A model generated the notes under the pieces. It was not told the origin of the DNA. It saw nothing but the letters and a program-made list of their open reading frames with translations, and did no database searches. This document shows, one piece after another, positions 16,377 through 26,590 of a stretch of DNA of 64,000 nucleotides. The stretch is from an uncultured Eubacteriales bacterium (lineage in GTDB: Bacteria > Bacillota > Clostridia > Oscillospirales > CAG-272), in the NCBI GenBank assembly GCA_934432675.1, contig CAKRYT010000004.1:19570-83569 (forward strand). The letters run 5' to 3'. The position numbers were made by a program, and so were the translations under genes. How positions within the stretch are numbered: position 1 is the first letter of the stretch; every line of letters starts with the position of its first letter.

Positions 16377-19300
16377 ATGAAAAACAGATTCACACATTTC
16401 CTCTGCGTCTGCCTGGTCATGGTGATGGCGTTGCAGCTCATGATTCTGCCCACCTTTGCCGCCATGCTGTCGGATGAAGATTTCCTCAATGCGTTCCCCG
16501 CCCTGAAAGATCTGGTCGCGGACCGTCTGACCGCCTCGGGCCTGAACGCAAACAAGTATGAGCAATCGCTCTCCGGAAAGGATCTCGGCGTCTACGAGCC
16601 GACCGACCGCGTCAACGCGGTCATCAAGCTGCCGGGCGAATCCATCCTTTCCCTCGCCACGTCGGTGGGCATGAGTGCCGCCGACTACGTACGGTCGAGT
16701 GAGGGGCAGGCAAAGATTGCCGAAATGACCGCCGCGCAGAACGAGGCGATCCGCCGCCTCGGTGACTCCATCTCGGATGTGAAGCACCGTTACACCACCC
16801 TCTTCTCGGGTTTCTCCTGCACGACGGAGTATCAGAACCTGGCGAAGATCGAGGGGCTGTTCGTGGGCTCCACCGCCATCATCGGGGAGAAGTACATCTC
16901 CGACAAACAGGATTCCACCGCGACCGATAACGCGCTGAACGCCTACGGCACGGGTATCTACAATTCCTCGAATGCGGGCTACACCGGCAAGGGGATGGTC
17001 GTCGCCGTCCTGGATACCGGTCTCGATTATACGCATACGGCCTTCCAGAGACTCCCCGAAGGGACTCTCAAACTGACGAAGGACGATATTGAGGAGTTGT
17101 TCCCCTACCTTGCCGCCGCCTCTCTGAACACTTCCGGCCGCTGGAACGAGACCTACTACTCCGACAAAGTCGTTTATATGTACGACTACGCCGACAAAGA
17201 CACCGACGTCTACCCCGTCAATGACCACGGCACCCACGTCGCGGGCATTATCTCGGGCAAAGACGACAAGATCACCGGCGTGGCCATCGACTCGCAGCTC
17301 GCCATCTTCAAGGTGTTCGGCAACAAAGATGCCGGTGCCGAGACGGAGGATATTCTCGCGGCACTGTCGGATGCCGTGCTGCTCGGTGTCGACGTCATCA
17401 ATATGTCGCTCGGCTCCTCCTGCGGCTTTTCGAGAGCCGCCGACGAAGAGGGCGTGAACGAGGTTTACGACGCAGTGCGCGCCGCAGGTATCAACCTGAT
17501 CGTCGCGGCATCCAACTCGCACTCCTCCGCCAAAGGCTCCAACGCCGGTGACACCAACCTGACGACCAACCCCGACTCCATGACCCTCGGCTCCCCCGCG
17601 ACTTACGACTCCTCGCTGGCGGTTGCGTCGGTGCTGGGTGCCAAAACGCACTACCTGTTCGCCAACGGTAAGTACCCCGTTTACCTGACCAAAGCGGTCA
17701 AAGGCGGCAAGGATATTGAATTCTACAATATGCTTCTGGACGGCAGATCGAGTGCCCAGTTCGACTACGTGCTGGTGCCCGGCGTCGGCAACGAGAGCAG
17801 CTACACCGACATTGACGTGACCGGTAAAATCGCCATCATCAAGCGCGGCGTCACCACTTTTGAAGAAAAGGTACAGATTGCCGCCGCGAAGGGTGCCGTC
17901 GGTGCCATCATCTACAACAACGTGTCCGGTACCATCAGCATGAGCATCACGACCGCGACCCTGCCCACCTGCTCGATCTCCATGGACGCCGGTGCGTACT
18001 TCGTCGCAAATCCGACCGGGACCCTGCATTTCGGTGCGGGCAACCTCGCCGGTCCCTTCATGAGTGACTTCTCCTCCTGGGGCCCGAACGCCGACCTCGT
18101 CCTGAACCCCGATGTCACCTCCTACGGCGGTGATATCACCTCCGCCGTCCGCGGCGGGTACGACGTCTTCTCCGGCACCTCCATGGCGTGCCCGAACCTC
18201 GCAGGTTCCGCCGCACTGGTCCGCCAGTACGTCAAGGCAAAGTACCCCACCTACACCGATTCCGAAGTGACGGCACTGGTCAACTGCCTGCTCATGTCCA
18301 CCGCCTCCATCCTCCGCAACGAGGCGAACAACCCCTACTCCCCGAGAAAGCAGGGCTCCGGGCTCGCCGATGCGGAGCGCGCCATCAAAACCGGGGCATA
18401 CCTGTATGTGGAGGGCTCGGACAAAGCCAAACTCTCGCTCGGCGATGACCCGCAGAAGACGGGTAAATATACCCTGACCTTCCGTCTCAAAAACATAACG
18501 GGCAACACGCTGTCCTATAACCTCAAAACCTACACCATGACCGAGACGGTCTCTACCGACGAAAAGACGGTGGCGGAACAGGCGTATATGCTCTCCCCCA
18601 CCATCCGTTACTCGGTGGAAGGCGGTCGCCTCACCGGCGAGACCGTCACCGTGCTCGGATACACCGAAGCGACGATCACGGCGGAGATCACCCTTTCCGA
18701 CGCCGATCGCACCTACATCGAAAGCCACTTTGCCAACGGTATGTACGTCGAAGGGTTCTGCACCCTGACCAACAACGAGGGGGACGCCGACCTGACGATC
18801 CCGTACCTCGCCTTCTTCGGTGACTGGACCAAGGCACCGATCCTGGACGTCACCGCCTTCGAGGAAGGCAAAGAGGCCAAAGACTCCTCCATCCTGGAAG
18901 ATGAAAAACTGAAAGCCGACGTTTACGCCACCATCCCGATGGTCGGTTTCTACTCCGGGAACGAGATCTCCTACTACTTCATGTGCAAGCCCGCCTTTAT
19001 TCTGGCCAAGGGCTATGAGGCACCCGCGACCCTGGAGGAATACTGTGCCCTCACGACCTCCAAGGACGGCAACTTCATGATCAAGTATATCAGCGCGGGG
19101 CTGCTCCGTAACGCGAAGCGCGTCCACATGACCATCGTGGACCCCGTGACCGGTAACGTGATCTTTGAAAAGACGGCGGAAAACTGCCGCAAATCCTACT
19201 ATAACGGCAACCAGACCGGCGGTTACGTCGAGGTGGATTTCGACGCCTCCGCGGCAGGCCTCGCAAACAATACCAAATATGTCTTCAACATGAGCTGCGA

Positions 19301-22300
19301 GCTCGACTGGGAGGGTGAACAGAACAACCTCCGTCGGGACTTCTCCTTCTCCTTCTATATTGACGACGAAGCACCCGTGGTGGATATGGATCAGACCGCT
19401 CTCCGCGTGGAAAGAGACGCAGAGGGCAATATCGAGAGATACCTGCTCGACCTCTACGTCTACGATAACCGTTTCCTCTCCGGCTACTTTATGTCCACCT
19501 TTGCGGAAAAGGATGCGAACGGTGTCGCCATCGATCCCGAGGCGGTCATCGAGGGCTTTATCCCCGTCGACGATATGGTCGCCGGTACCTCCAACAAGGT
19601 GACGATCGACCTCACCTCCGTATGGCACAAACTGAAAGACGGTGCCACCCCCGGCTCCAAGAACATTGAGTTCACGCTCTACGACTACGCGAAGAACAAA
19701 ACGGTCGTGGATCTGACGCTCGAAAAGTCCGTAGTCGATACCGTGAATATCAAGAACGGCAGAAAGTCGACCGAAAAGGGCGATGAGATCGTCTTCAACC
19801 TGAAACCCTACCAGCAGATCAACCTGCTTGCCACCAAGTATCTCGTGACGGCCCCCAAAGAGGCGTATTACAGCGACTTCCTCTGGTCGTCCTCCGACGA
19901 TGCCGTCGCCACCGTGCAGGACGGCGTCGTCACCACCCTCAAAAACGGTGAAGCGGTCATCACGGTTGCCACCCGGGACGGCAGGAGTGCCGCCCAGGTC
20001 ACGATCAAATGTACCGGGACGGCGAGCAATACGGATATTCCCATCTCCGGGCTTACGCTGAATTCCACACGTATTTCGCTCGTGCGCGGTGAGTCCTATG
20101 AACTCTACGCGACCTACGCACCCTATAACGCCACCACCCTGCCCACGCTCGTGTGGGATGCCTACAATTCTCCCTACGTCACGCTGACACCCGATCCGGA
20201 AAATCCGTATCACTGCACCGTGTTTGCCAAGCAGTCGGGCTCTGCCATCGTCACGGCAAAAGCGCAGGGGACACTGTTCTCCGCCACTTGCAGTTTCGGC
20301 ATTGCGGAAGAATTCGAGTATCTCGGCCAGTATCTGAAATCCTACACCGGCCGCGGTGACGCCGACGGTGTGGTGGAGATCCCCGCCGACAAGGGCGTGA
20401 CGCGCATCTACCGCCTCGCATTCTACAACAATAAAGACATCCGTAAGGTCATCATCCCCGAAGGGGTGGAAGAGATCGAATACGGTGCCTTCTACGGGTG
20501 CGAAAACCTGGAAGAGATCGTCCTGCCCTCTACCTGTAAGCAGCTCGACGAGTGGTCCTTCGGTTATTGCGAATCACTGAAAACGATCAATCTCGGCAAC
20601 GTACAGACCATCTGCCAGCTTGCCTTCTACAGCGATAAAGCCCTGGAAGCACTGGACCTCTCCAACTGCCATACCATCTGTGACCGTGCCTTCTCGTTCT
20701 GCACCTCGCTGCAATCGGTGGATATCAGCACGGTCGGTCAGATCGGCAGATTCTGCTTCGTGGGATGCACGGGGCTGGAAGAACTCAAAACCTCGGACAA
20801 GAACAAGATTGCCGACTACGCCTTCGCGATGTGTTCTTCCCTGCGTTCGCTGACCCTCTATGCCGCCTATGTCGGTGAAAACGCTTTCTACTACTGCTCG
20901 GGTCTGACCGACGTGGTGTTCGCGTCCGATGTGGCAGAAATCGACGATGCCGGTTTCTACTATTGCAGTGCACTGACCAACGTCTCCTTCAAGGGGACCT
21001 GCCGTTACATCGGTGCCTACGCCTTCACCAACTGCTCGGCACTTACCTCCGTGTACGTCCCCGCAGGGTGTGAATACATCGGCGACTTTGCCTTCGCGGG
21101 TTGCCGCGCCGTCAGTGCCGTGACGTTCAGTGCGGACGCCAACATCCGCTCCGTCGGGCGCAACCCGTTCTACCTCGTCTTTGTGGAAAACTTCGTGGTG
21201 GAGGACGGCAGCAAGTACATGACCGCCCGGGACGGGATCCTCTATGACAAGAACATGACCCGTCTCATCCTCTCCCCGTTTGCCAGATCCATCGTCGGGC
21301 TCTCGCTCCCGGACAGTGTCCGGACCATCGGCGATTATGCCCTCTCCTACGTCTACTCTATCCTATCTGTCAACCTGAACGGGGTGACCGAGATCGGTGA
21401 GGGTGCTTTCATGGGCTCGGGCGTGCAGACCGTCTACCCGGGTACCGCACTCACCACCATCGGCGATTACGCCTTTGCTTCCTGCGATCGTCTGGAACTC
21501 GGCGGCATCCCTGCGGGCGTGACCTCCATCGGCGAGTATGCCTTTGCGCAGAGCTCCCTCTCCGGCAGGCTTGAGCTCCCCGCGAGCCTGACCTCGCTCG
21601 GTGCATACGCCTTCGCCCAGAACGAGGGTATCACCTCCGTGACCGTTCCGGCAGGCGTTGCAACGATCGGTGAGGGTGCCTTCGCAGAGTGCACCGCGCT
21701 GACTTCCGTGACCCTCGCAGAGGGGGTCGGTACGATCGGTGACTTTGCCTTTATCGGCGATGCGGCACTGACGAGCGTGACCCTGCCCGCCTCCCTCGGG
21801 GCGATCGGCAAGGGTGCCTTCGCCGCATGCAAGGGGCTGCGTACCGTCGCTCTGCCCGCAGGACTCACCGAAATTGCGGACTATACCTTCTACAATGCAA
21901 CCTCCCTGGATGCCCTGACGCTACCCGAGGCCGTCACATCAATCGGCGACTTTGCCTTCTTCGGCGACGAAAAACTGACAGGTCTGGACTTCGCATCCGT
22001 GACCTCCGTCGGCAACTACGCCTTTATGGGCACCGCCCTCACCACACTGGATGCGGATGCCGTCGAAACGGTAGGTAACTACGCCTTTGCGCGGACCCAT
22101 CTCACCTCCGTCCGTCTCCCCGCCGCGACCGACATCGGTGCCTACGCCTTTGCCGAGGCCAAAGAACTGACCTCCCTGTCGCTGGACCGTGCGGTGCATA
22201 TCGGCGAGGGTGCCTTTGCCCGCGCCACGGGGCTCACCGCCGTCTCGCTCCCCGCTTGCGAAACGATCGGCGACCTTGCCTTCGCCTATGCGGGTTCCCT

Positions 22301-23420
22301 CACCTCGCTGGACGTCCCGGCACTGCAAACCATCGGCTCCTACGCCATCTACAACACGCGGATTTCGTCCGTTTCCCTGCCCGCCAGCCTGACCTACGTG
22401 GCACCGAACGCCCTCACCACGAAGGCGTACAACTCCACCGACGACAGCCTCGTCCGCCTCACCGAAATCAAGCTGGACAGTGCGAACGCGACCTTCTTCC
22501 TGGATGACGCCGGGGTGCTCTATCAAAGACTCACCGAGAATTCGTATCTGCTCGTCGCCTACCCCTCCGGTAAGACCGACAAGACCTATACGATTCTGGA
22601 TAAGACCGTCCGCATCGAGGCGTATGCGTTTGCCAACAACCCCTATCTTGAAGACGTGACCGTTGCCCGTACCGTGAAATCGATCGGTGACGGTGCCTTC
22701 TACGGCAACACCTCGCTGCACACGCTCCGTTTCCTGTCCGTGACGGCACCCACACTGGAAAGCCATTACTCCGGTGCGGCGGTGAACGGCTGGTCGTACA
22801 AGAACTTCGTGTACGACTTCGCGGACACCGACAAAGCCCCGCACCTGACCGTCTCGGTCCCGAAGAATGCAGCAGGTTACGACTCCTTCCTCTGGACAGC
22901 GTATATCGGCAACGCGGAGCACACGGACGTCATCTCCATGACCGACGGTACCGCCGCCCTGAATGAAAGCATCAATCGTCTCCCCGCGACCGTTACGCTC
23001 GCGGATGCGGAGACGGTGGACCGCCTCGAACGGATGTATAACGCTACCTCCGCCGATCAGAGAGTCTTCATCGAGAATTACGCCAAACTGCAAAACGCCA
23101 TCGCCACCGTACAGCGTCTCCGCGCCGAGCAGGGCGGTGACACGCCGGAGCCCCCGACGCCGGATACCCCGACGGAGCCGGCGAAGACGGACGGTATGCC
23201 TGTTTATGCCATCGTCCTCATCGTCGTGGGTGCCGTCGTGGTGCTCGCGGGTGTCGGTCTCGCCGTGTGGTTCTTCGTCGTGAAGAAACGCAAAGGCGCG
23301 GATGCCGCGGGGTCGGAACAAACGGCCGCCTCCGACGACTCCGACGACTCCGACGCTCCCGATCATTCCGATGCCGCGTCCACCGAAGAAACGAAAGGAG
23401 AGGACAACGATGAAAAATAA
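16377..23420 (+). CDS. Cell-envelope subtilisin-like (S8) serine protease with PA insert, Big_2 domains, BspA-type LRR array and C-terminal TM anchor (2,347 aa)
   Basis: Signal peptide MKNRFTHFLCVCLVMVMALQLMILPTFAA.
Catalytic triad motifs: VVAVLDTGLD (Asp codon 17013), HGTHVAG (His codon 17226), GTSMACP (Ser codon 18180).
PA-like insert GKIAIIKRGVTTFEEKVQIAAAKGAVGAIIYNN.
Two Ig-like Big_2-type segments at about 19.84-20.29 kb.
LRR units of the IP.gV..Ig..AF..C..L type at about 20.38-22.74 kb.
C-terminal Pro/Thr linker, TM helix YAIVLIVVGAVVVLAGVGLAVWFFVV and KKRK stop-transfer. No LPXTG. Confidence 0.9.
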   Translation: MKNRFTHFLCVCLVMVMALQLMILPTFAAMLSDEDFLNAFPALKDLVADRLTASGLNANKYEQSLSGKDLGVYEPTDRVNAVIKLPGESILSLATSVGMSAADYVRSSEGQAKIAEMTAAQNEAIRRLGDSISDVKHRYTTLFSGFSCTTEYQNLAKIEGLFVGSTAIIGEKYISDKQDSTATDNALNAYGTGIYNSSNAGYTGKGMVVAVLDTGLDYTHTAFQRLPEGTLKLTKDDIEELFPYLAAASLNTSGRWNETYYSDKVVYMYDYADKDTDVYPVNDHGTHVAGIISGKDDKITGVAIDSQLAIFKVFGNKDAGAETEDILAALSDAVLLGVDVINMSLGSSCGFSRAADEEGVNEVYDAVRAAGINLIVAASNSHSSAKGSNAGDTNLTTNPDSMTLGSPATYDSSLAVASVLGAKTHYLFANGKYPVYLTKAVKGGKDIEFYNMLLDGRSSAQFDYVLVPGVGNESSYTDIDVTGKIAIIKRGVTTFEEKVQIAAAKGAVGAIIYNNVSGTISMSITTATLPTCSISMDAGAYFVANPTGTLHFGAGNLAGPFMSDFSSWGPNADLVLNPDVTSYGGDITSAVRGGYDVFSGTSMACPNLAGSAALVRQYVKAKYPTYTDSEVTALVNCLLMSTASILRNEANNPYSPRKQGSGLADAERAIKTGAYLYVEGSDKAKLSLGDDPQKTGKYTLTFRLKNITGNTLSYNLKTYTMTETVSTDEKTVAEQAYMLSPTIRYSVEGGRLTGETVTVLGYTEATITAEITLSDADRTYIESHFANGMYVEGFCTLTNNEGDADLTIPYLAFFGDWTKAPILDVTAFEEGKEAKDSSILEDEKLKADVYATIPMVGFYSGNEISYYFMCKPAFILAKGYEAPATLEEYCALTTSKDGNFMIKYISAGLLRNAKRVHMTIVDPVTGNVIFEKTAENCRKSYYNGNQTGGYVEVDFDASAAGLANNTKYVFNMSCELDWEGEQNNLRRDFSFSFYIDDEAPVVDMDQTALRVERDAEGNIERYLLDLYVYDNRFLSGYFMSTFAEKDANGVAIDPEAVIEGFIPVDDMVAGTSNKVTIDLTSVWHKLKDGATPGSKNIEFTLYDYAKNKTVVDLTLEKSVVDTVNIKNGRKSTEKGDEIVFNLKPYQQINLLATKYLVTAPKEAYYSDFLWSSSDDAVATVQDGVVTTLKNGEAVITVATRDGRSAAQVTIKCTGTASNTDIPISGLTLNSTRISLVRGESYELYATYAPYNATTLPTLVWDAYNSPYVTLTPDPENPYHCTVFAKQSGSAIVTAKAQGTLFSATCSFGIAEEFEYLGQYLKSYTGRGDADGVVEIPADKGVTRIYRLAFYNNKDIRKVIIPEGVEEIEYGAFYGCENLEEIVLPSTCKQLDEWSFGYCESLKTINLGNVQTICQLAFYSDKALEALDLSNCHTICDRAFSFCTSLQSVDISTVGQIGRFCFVGCTGLEELKTSDKNKIADYAFAMCSSLRSLTLYAAYVGENAFYYCSGLTDVVFASDVAEIDDAGFYYCSALTNVSFKGTCRYIGAYAFTNCSALTSVYVPAGCEYIGDFAFAGCRAVSAVTFSADANIRSVGRNPFYLVFVENFVVEDGSKYMTARDGILYDKNMTRLILSPFARSIVGLSLPDSVRTIGDYALSYVYSILSVNLNGVTEIGEGAFMGSGVQTVYPGTALTTIGDYAFASCDRLELGGIPAGVTSIGEYAFAQSSLSGRLELPASLTSLGAYAFAQNEGITSVTVPAGVATIGEGAFAECTALTSVTLAEGVGTIGDFAFIGDAALTSVTLPASLGAIGKGAFAACKGLRTVALPAGLTEIADYTFYNATSLDALTLPEAVTSIGDFAFFGDEKLTGLDFASVTSVGNYAFMGTALTTLDADAVETVGNYAFARTHLTSVRLPAATDIGAYAFAEAKELTSLSLDRAVHIGEGAFARATGLTAVSLPACETIGDLAFAYAGSLTSLDVPALQTIGSYAIYNTRISSVSLPASLTYVAPNALTTKAYNSTDDSLVRLTEIKLDSANATFFLDDAGVLYQRLTENSYLLVAYPSGKTDKTYTILDKTVRIEAYAFANNPYLEDVTVARTVKSIGDGAFYGNTSLHTLRFLSVTAPTLESHYSGAAVNGWSYKNFVYDFADTDKAPHLTVSVPKNAAGYDSFLWTAYIGNAEHTDVISMTDGTAALNESINRLPATVTLADAETVDRLERMYNATSADQRVFIENYAKLQNAIATVQRLRAEQGGDTPEPPTPDTPTEPAKTDGMPVYAIVLIVVGAVVVLAGVGLAVWFFVVKKRKGADAAGSEQTAASDDSDDSDAPDHSDAASTEETKGEDNDEK
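20380..22740 (+). repeat. BspA-type leucine-rich-repeat (LRR_5-like) coding array inside the S8 protease gene (approximate bounds)
   Basis: Successive units of roughly 23-25 aa, such as IPEGVEEIEYGAFYGCENLEEIVLPSTCKQLDEWSFGYCESLKTINL and VTLPASLGAIGKGAFAACKGLRTVALPAGLTEIADYTFYNATSL. Confidence 0.75.
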
Positions 23421-26400
23421 ACTTCTGCGCCTGTCCGCACTCGTGGTCCTCTGCCTCGTGCTCGGACTTTCCCTCTTTGCCTGTAAGGACAAAACCCCCG
23501 TCAACTACACCGTCACCTTTGATACCTGCGACGGCGCACCGGCAACGGTGCTCACCGTCGCGCAGGGCGGCACGCCTGCGGCACCCGCAGATCCCACCCG
23601 TTACGGCTACACCTTCACGGGTTGGTATGCCGACGCCGAGGGGACTGTGCCGGCGACGCCGGCGACCTCGCCCGTGACGGCGGATGTCACCTATTATGCC
23701 GGTTGGGCACCGCTCCGTTCCGTCCTCGTCGGGTTTGACACAGAGGGCGGCTCGGCGGTCCCCTCCGTCTCCCTCCTGCTCGGCAACACGCTGGATGAGA
23801 CGTCGATCCCCACCCCCGTCAAAGAGGGGTACATCTTCCTCGGGTGGTATAAGAATGCCGCCTGCACCGCCAAGTTCAACTTCCGCACCGCCCCGACCGA
23901 AGATATGACCCTGTACGCCGGCTGGGCTGTCAGCGGCGATATGGGTGAGTACGTCGGTGTCGTGGACGGCCGGGTGGTCGCGCGTTCGGTCTTCCCCGCA
24001 GGCGCACCTGTCCTGCCGACGACCGATGACGGTGTCTCCTACCTGTGGTTCTCCGACGTTTTTCTGACGCAGCCGTTCACCTGTGACGTTTCTGCCGGCT
24101 CCACCACGCTGTACGGCATGGCATACACCGACGGGCTCCGCATCGAGGCGGGTGTCGTCACCGGCTACACCGGAACGGAGCGTAACGTCATCGTCCCCGC
24201 AAAATGGGACGGTGTGGCCGTGACCGCCGTCGGTGCCTCCGCCTTCTCCGGCAATATGCGGGTGAAGACGGTGAAACTTCCCGCGACCATTGTGTCCGTC
24301 GGTGCCTCCGCCTTCTATGACTGTTACTCGCTTGCCACAGTGAATCTCACGTCTGCCTGCACGTCTGTCGGTGCCTATGCATTCGCCGGGTGCGGCAAGC
24401 TGGCAGACGCCGGGGACCTCTCCGGTCTTGACGAGATCTGTGAGCACACCTTTACCGGTTGCCGCCGTCTTGCAGCCGTGCAGTTCTCCGAGGGTCTGCT
24501 CGCCGTGGGCCGCTACGCGTTCTCCGACTGCGAGGCACTGTCCTCGATCCTGCTCCCCGACACCGTGACCGAGATCGGTGAGTATGCGTTCTCCGGCTGC
24601 TCCTCCGTACGCGAGTTCCGTATCCCCGCATCGCTGAACGACCTGCGTACCGGTGCGCTGAAAGGGTGCCTCTCCCTCTCGACACTGCTCCCTGCCCCGA
24701 ACAACGATACGGCTCTGTTCCGTGTCGTTGACGGCAATCTGTACAGTGCCTACGGTCGTTGCCTCTCGCTCTATCTTGCCTCCGACAAGGAGGAGACAAC
24801 CTTTACGCTCCCCTCCGGTTGTACCGAAATCGCGCCCTACGCCTTTGACGGCAACCGTAATATCGAGACGCTGGTGCTCGACGCACCGGGGCTCACCCTC
24901 CGTGAGGGGTCGCTCGCCGGTATGCGTGCCCTGACCACGCTTTCGGTCTACGCACTGCCGAGTGCCAATCCCTACCTCGCGTACTATTTCGGTGCCTCGT
25001 CGGGTGAGGCGAACGGCTCTGCCGGTAACTTCTCCCCCTCGACGCTGACGAAGGTCCGCATCGTAAACATGGGCGATGTGCTCCCCGATTACGCGTTCTA
25101 CGGTTTCACCGGGCTCTCCGAGATTGAGGGCATCGGAGACCTGCGCTCGATCGGCCGTTACGCCTTCGCCTACACCGCCCTGCGTGAGGTTTCCGTCCCT
25201 GCGACGGTGACGAAAATCGGCGAAAATGCCTACTATGGCTGTGCCGCAATCGAGTCCTTTACCGTTGCTCCCGAAAATACCGCTTATGCCGCATTTGACG
25301 GATGCCTTTACAGCAAGGATCTCTCGACCCTTTACCTGGTCCCCCAGACCAAAGAGGCGGTCACCTTTGCCGACGGCGTCAGGACCGTTGCGGCAGGTGC
25401 CTTCTACAAGTCGCAGGTGCGCAGCGTCGTTGTCCCCGCGACGGTGACGACGATCGAACAGGGTGCCTTTGCAGGTGTGCTCCGCCTGGAAGAGTTGACG
25501 GTGCCGTTTATCGGGGGGTCCGCGACAAACACCGACACCGACTACATGATGTATATTTTCGGCGGTACGGTGTCCAAGAGTGACTCCATCCAGGCAGACG
25601 GGACCTATTCCTACACCACCGGCTCCCGTTCCTGCACGCCGACCTCGCTCCGCAAACTGACCGTCTCGGGCGATATTTCCTTCCTCGGTGAATTTGCCTT
25701 TGCCTACCTCACGGAGGTGACGGAAATCCACTGGAACGGCGACATCACCTATATCGACGACTACGCTTTCTGTCAGACCGGGCTCACCGAACTGGTGATA
25801 CCGTCTACCGTGACGCGCATCGGCGACTTTGCTTTCGCCGCCATGAGTGACCTTGTGAGTGCCGTCGTCCCCGGCTCTGTCGGCGGAAACCTCGGGCTCT
25901 ACCTCTTCCGTGAATGCTCGTCACTGGAAACGGTCGTATTTGAGGAGGGCGTGACCCGAATCCCGGCATACGCGTTCTACCTCGCGGGCTCCAAGGACAG
26001 CGAAACGGGCGATACCTTCTACTACTCCAAGCTGGACAGCGTCACACTCCCCTCGACCATCCGGTCGATCGGTGAGGCGGCATTTGCCTATGCGGGTACG
26101 CGCTACATCGGTGAAGGCTCCACCTACGGCAACCTGAAATTCATTCTCCCTGCCGCGTCTGACCTTCGCGTGATCGAGAAAAACGCCTTCTACCGCGCGT
26201 CCGTAAAGTCGCTGACGCTCCCCGCCTGCTTTGAGGAAATCGGCGAGATGGCATTCTTCGGATGCCGCAACCTCGCGCACGTGACCTTCGGCACCGAGGA
26301 CGGCGGCTCCGCCCTGCGGAAATTCGGCGGTGCCTCCTTCGCGTACTGCACGGGGCTCCTCGACATCACGATCTGGAAGGATATCAAATCCCCGTCGGAC

Positions 26401-26574
26401 GTCCCGGTGATGGAATACTACACCGTGACCACGACCACCGAGAACGTGTCCTTCAACGTGTTTGCAGGTGCGTCCGTCCCCTCCATTTATGTGCGATCCG
26501 CCGCCACCTACCGTGCGGCAGAGCATTGGGACGAATACGACGCGAAGATCTACGAGATCTCCTCGACCCGTTGA
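23410..26574 (+). CDS. Lipoprotein with Flg_new repeats and a BspA-type LRR array (1,054 aa)
   Basis: ATG at 23410 follows AAAGGAGAGG and overlaps the protease gene by 11 nt. Lipobox LGLSLFAC|KDK. Repeats end in GYTFTGWYADAEG...VTYYAGW and GYIFLGWYKNAAC...MTLYAGW. The LRR array spans about 24.19-26.37 kb (for example VKLPATIVSVGASAFYDCYSLATVNL). Confidence 0.85.
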   Translation: MKNKLLRLSALVVLCLVLGLSLFACKDKTPVNYTVTFDTCDGAPATVLTVAQGGTPAAPADPTRYGYTFTGWYADAEGTVPATPATSPVTADVTYYAGWAPLRSVLVGFDTEGGSAVPSVSLLLGNTLDETSIPTPVKEGYIFLGWYKNAACTAKFNFRTAPTEDMTLYAGWAVSGDMGEYVGVVDGRVVARSVFPAGAPVLPTTDDGVSYLWFSDVFLTQPFTCDVSAGSTTLYGMAYTDGLRIEAGVVTGYTGTERNVIVPAKWDGVAVTAVGASAFSGNMRVKTVKLPATIVSVGASAFYDCYSLATVNLTSACTSVGAYAFAGCGKLADAGDLSGLDEICEHTFTGCRRLAAVQFSEGLLAVGRYAFSDCEALSSILLPDTVTEIGEYAFSGCSSVREFRIPASLNDLRTGALKGCLSLSTLLPAPNNDTALFRVVDGNLYSAYGRCLSLYLASDKEETTFTLPSGCTEIAPYAFDGNRNIETLVLDAPGLTLREGSLAGMRALTTLSVYALPSANPYLAYYFGASSGEANGSAGNFSPSTLTKVRIVNMGDVLPDYAFYGFTGLSEIEGIGDLRSIGRYAFAYTALREVSVPATVTKIGENAYYGCAAIESFTVAPENTAYAAFDGCLYSKDLSTLYLVPQTKEAVTFADGVRTVAAGAFYKSQVRSVVVPATVTTIEQGAFAGVLRLEELTVPFIGGSATNTDTDYMMYIFGGTVSKSDSIQADGTYSYTTGSRSCTPTSLRKLTVSGDISFLGEFAFAYLTEVTEIHWNGDITYIDDYAFCQTGLTELVIPSTVTRIGDFAFAAMSDLVSAVVPGSVGGNLGLYLFRECSSLETVVFEEGVTRIPAYAFYLAGSKDSETGDTFYYSKLDSVTLPSTIRSIGEAAFAYAGTRYIGEGSTYGNLKFILPAASDLRVIEKNAFYRASVKSLTLPACFEEIGEMAFFGCRNLAHVTFGTEDGGSALRKFGGASFAYCTGLLDITIWKDIKSPSDVPVMEYYTVTTTTENVSFNVFAGASVPSIYVRSAATYRAAEHWDEYDAKIYEISSTR
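24185..26370 (+). repeat. BspA-type LRR coding array (approximate bounds)
   Basis: Repeated ..P..V..IG..AF..C..L.. units read directly from the translation of 23410..26574. Confidence 0.7.
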
Positions 26575-26590
26575 CCCTGACAAAACAGAA

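Noticed and set aside
16353-25731. Minus-strand ORFs of 1,286 aa (16353..20213), 521 aa (21939..23504) and 837 aa (23218..25731), opposite the S8 protease and LRR lipoprotein genes.
   Set aside because: These are antisense shadows of the same kind (Gly/Arg/Val/Asp-rich, no start context). The sense strand carries the complete S8 catalytic triad, LRR periodicity and signal sequences.
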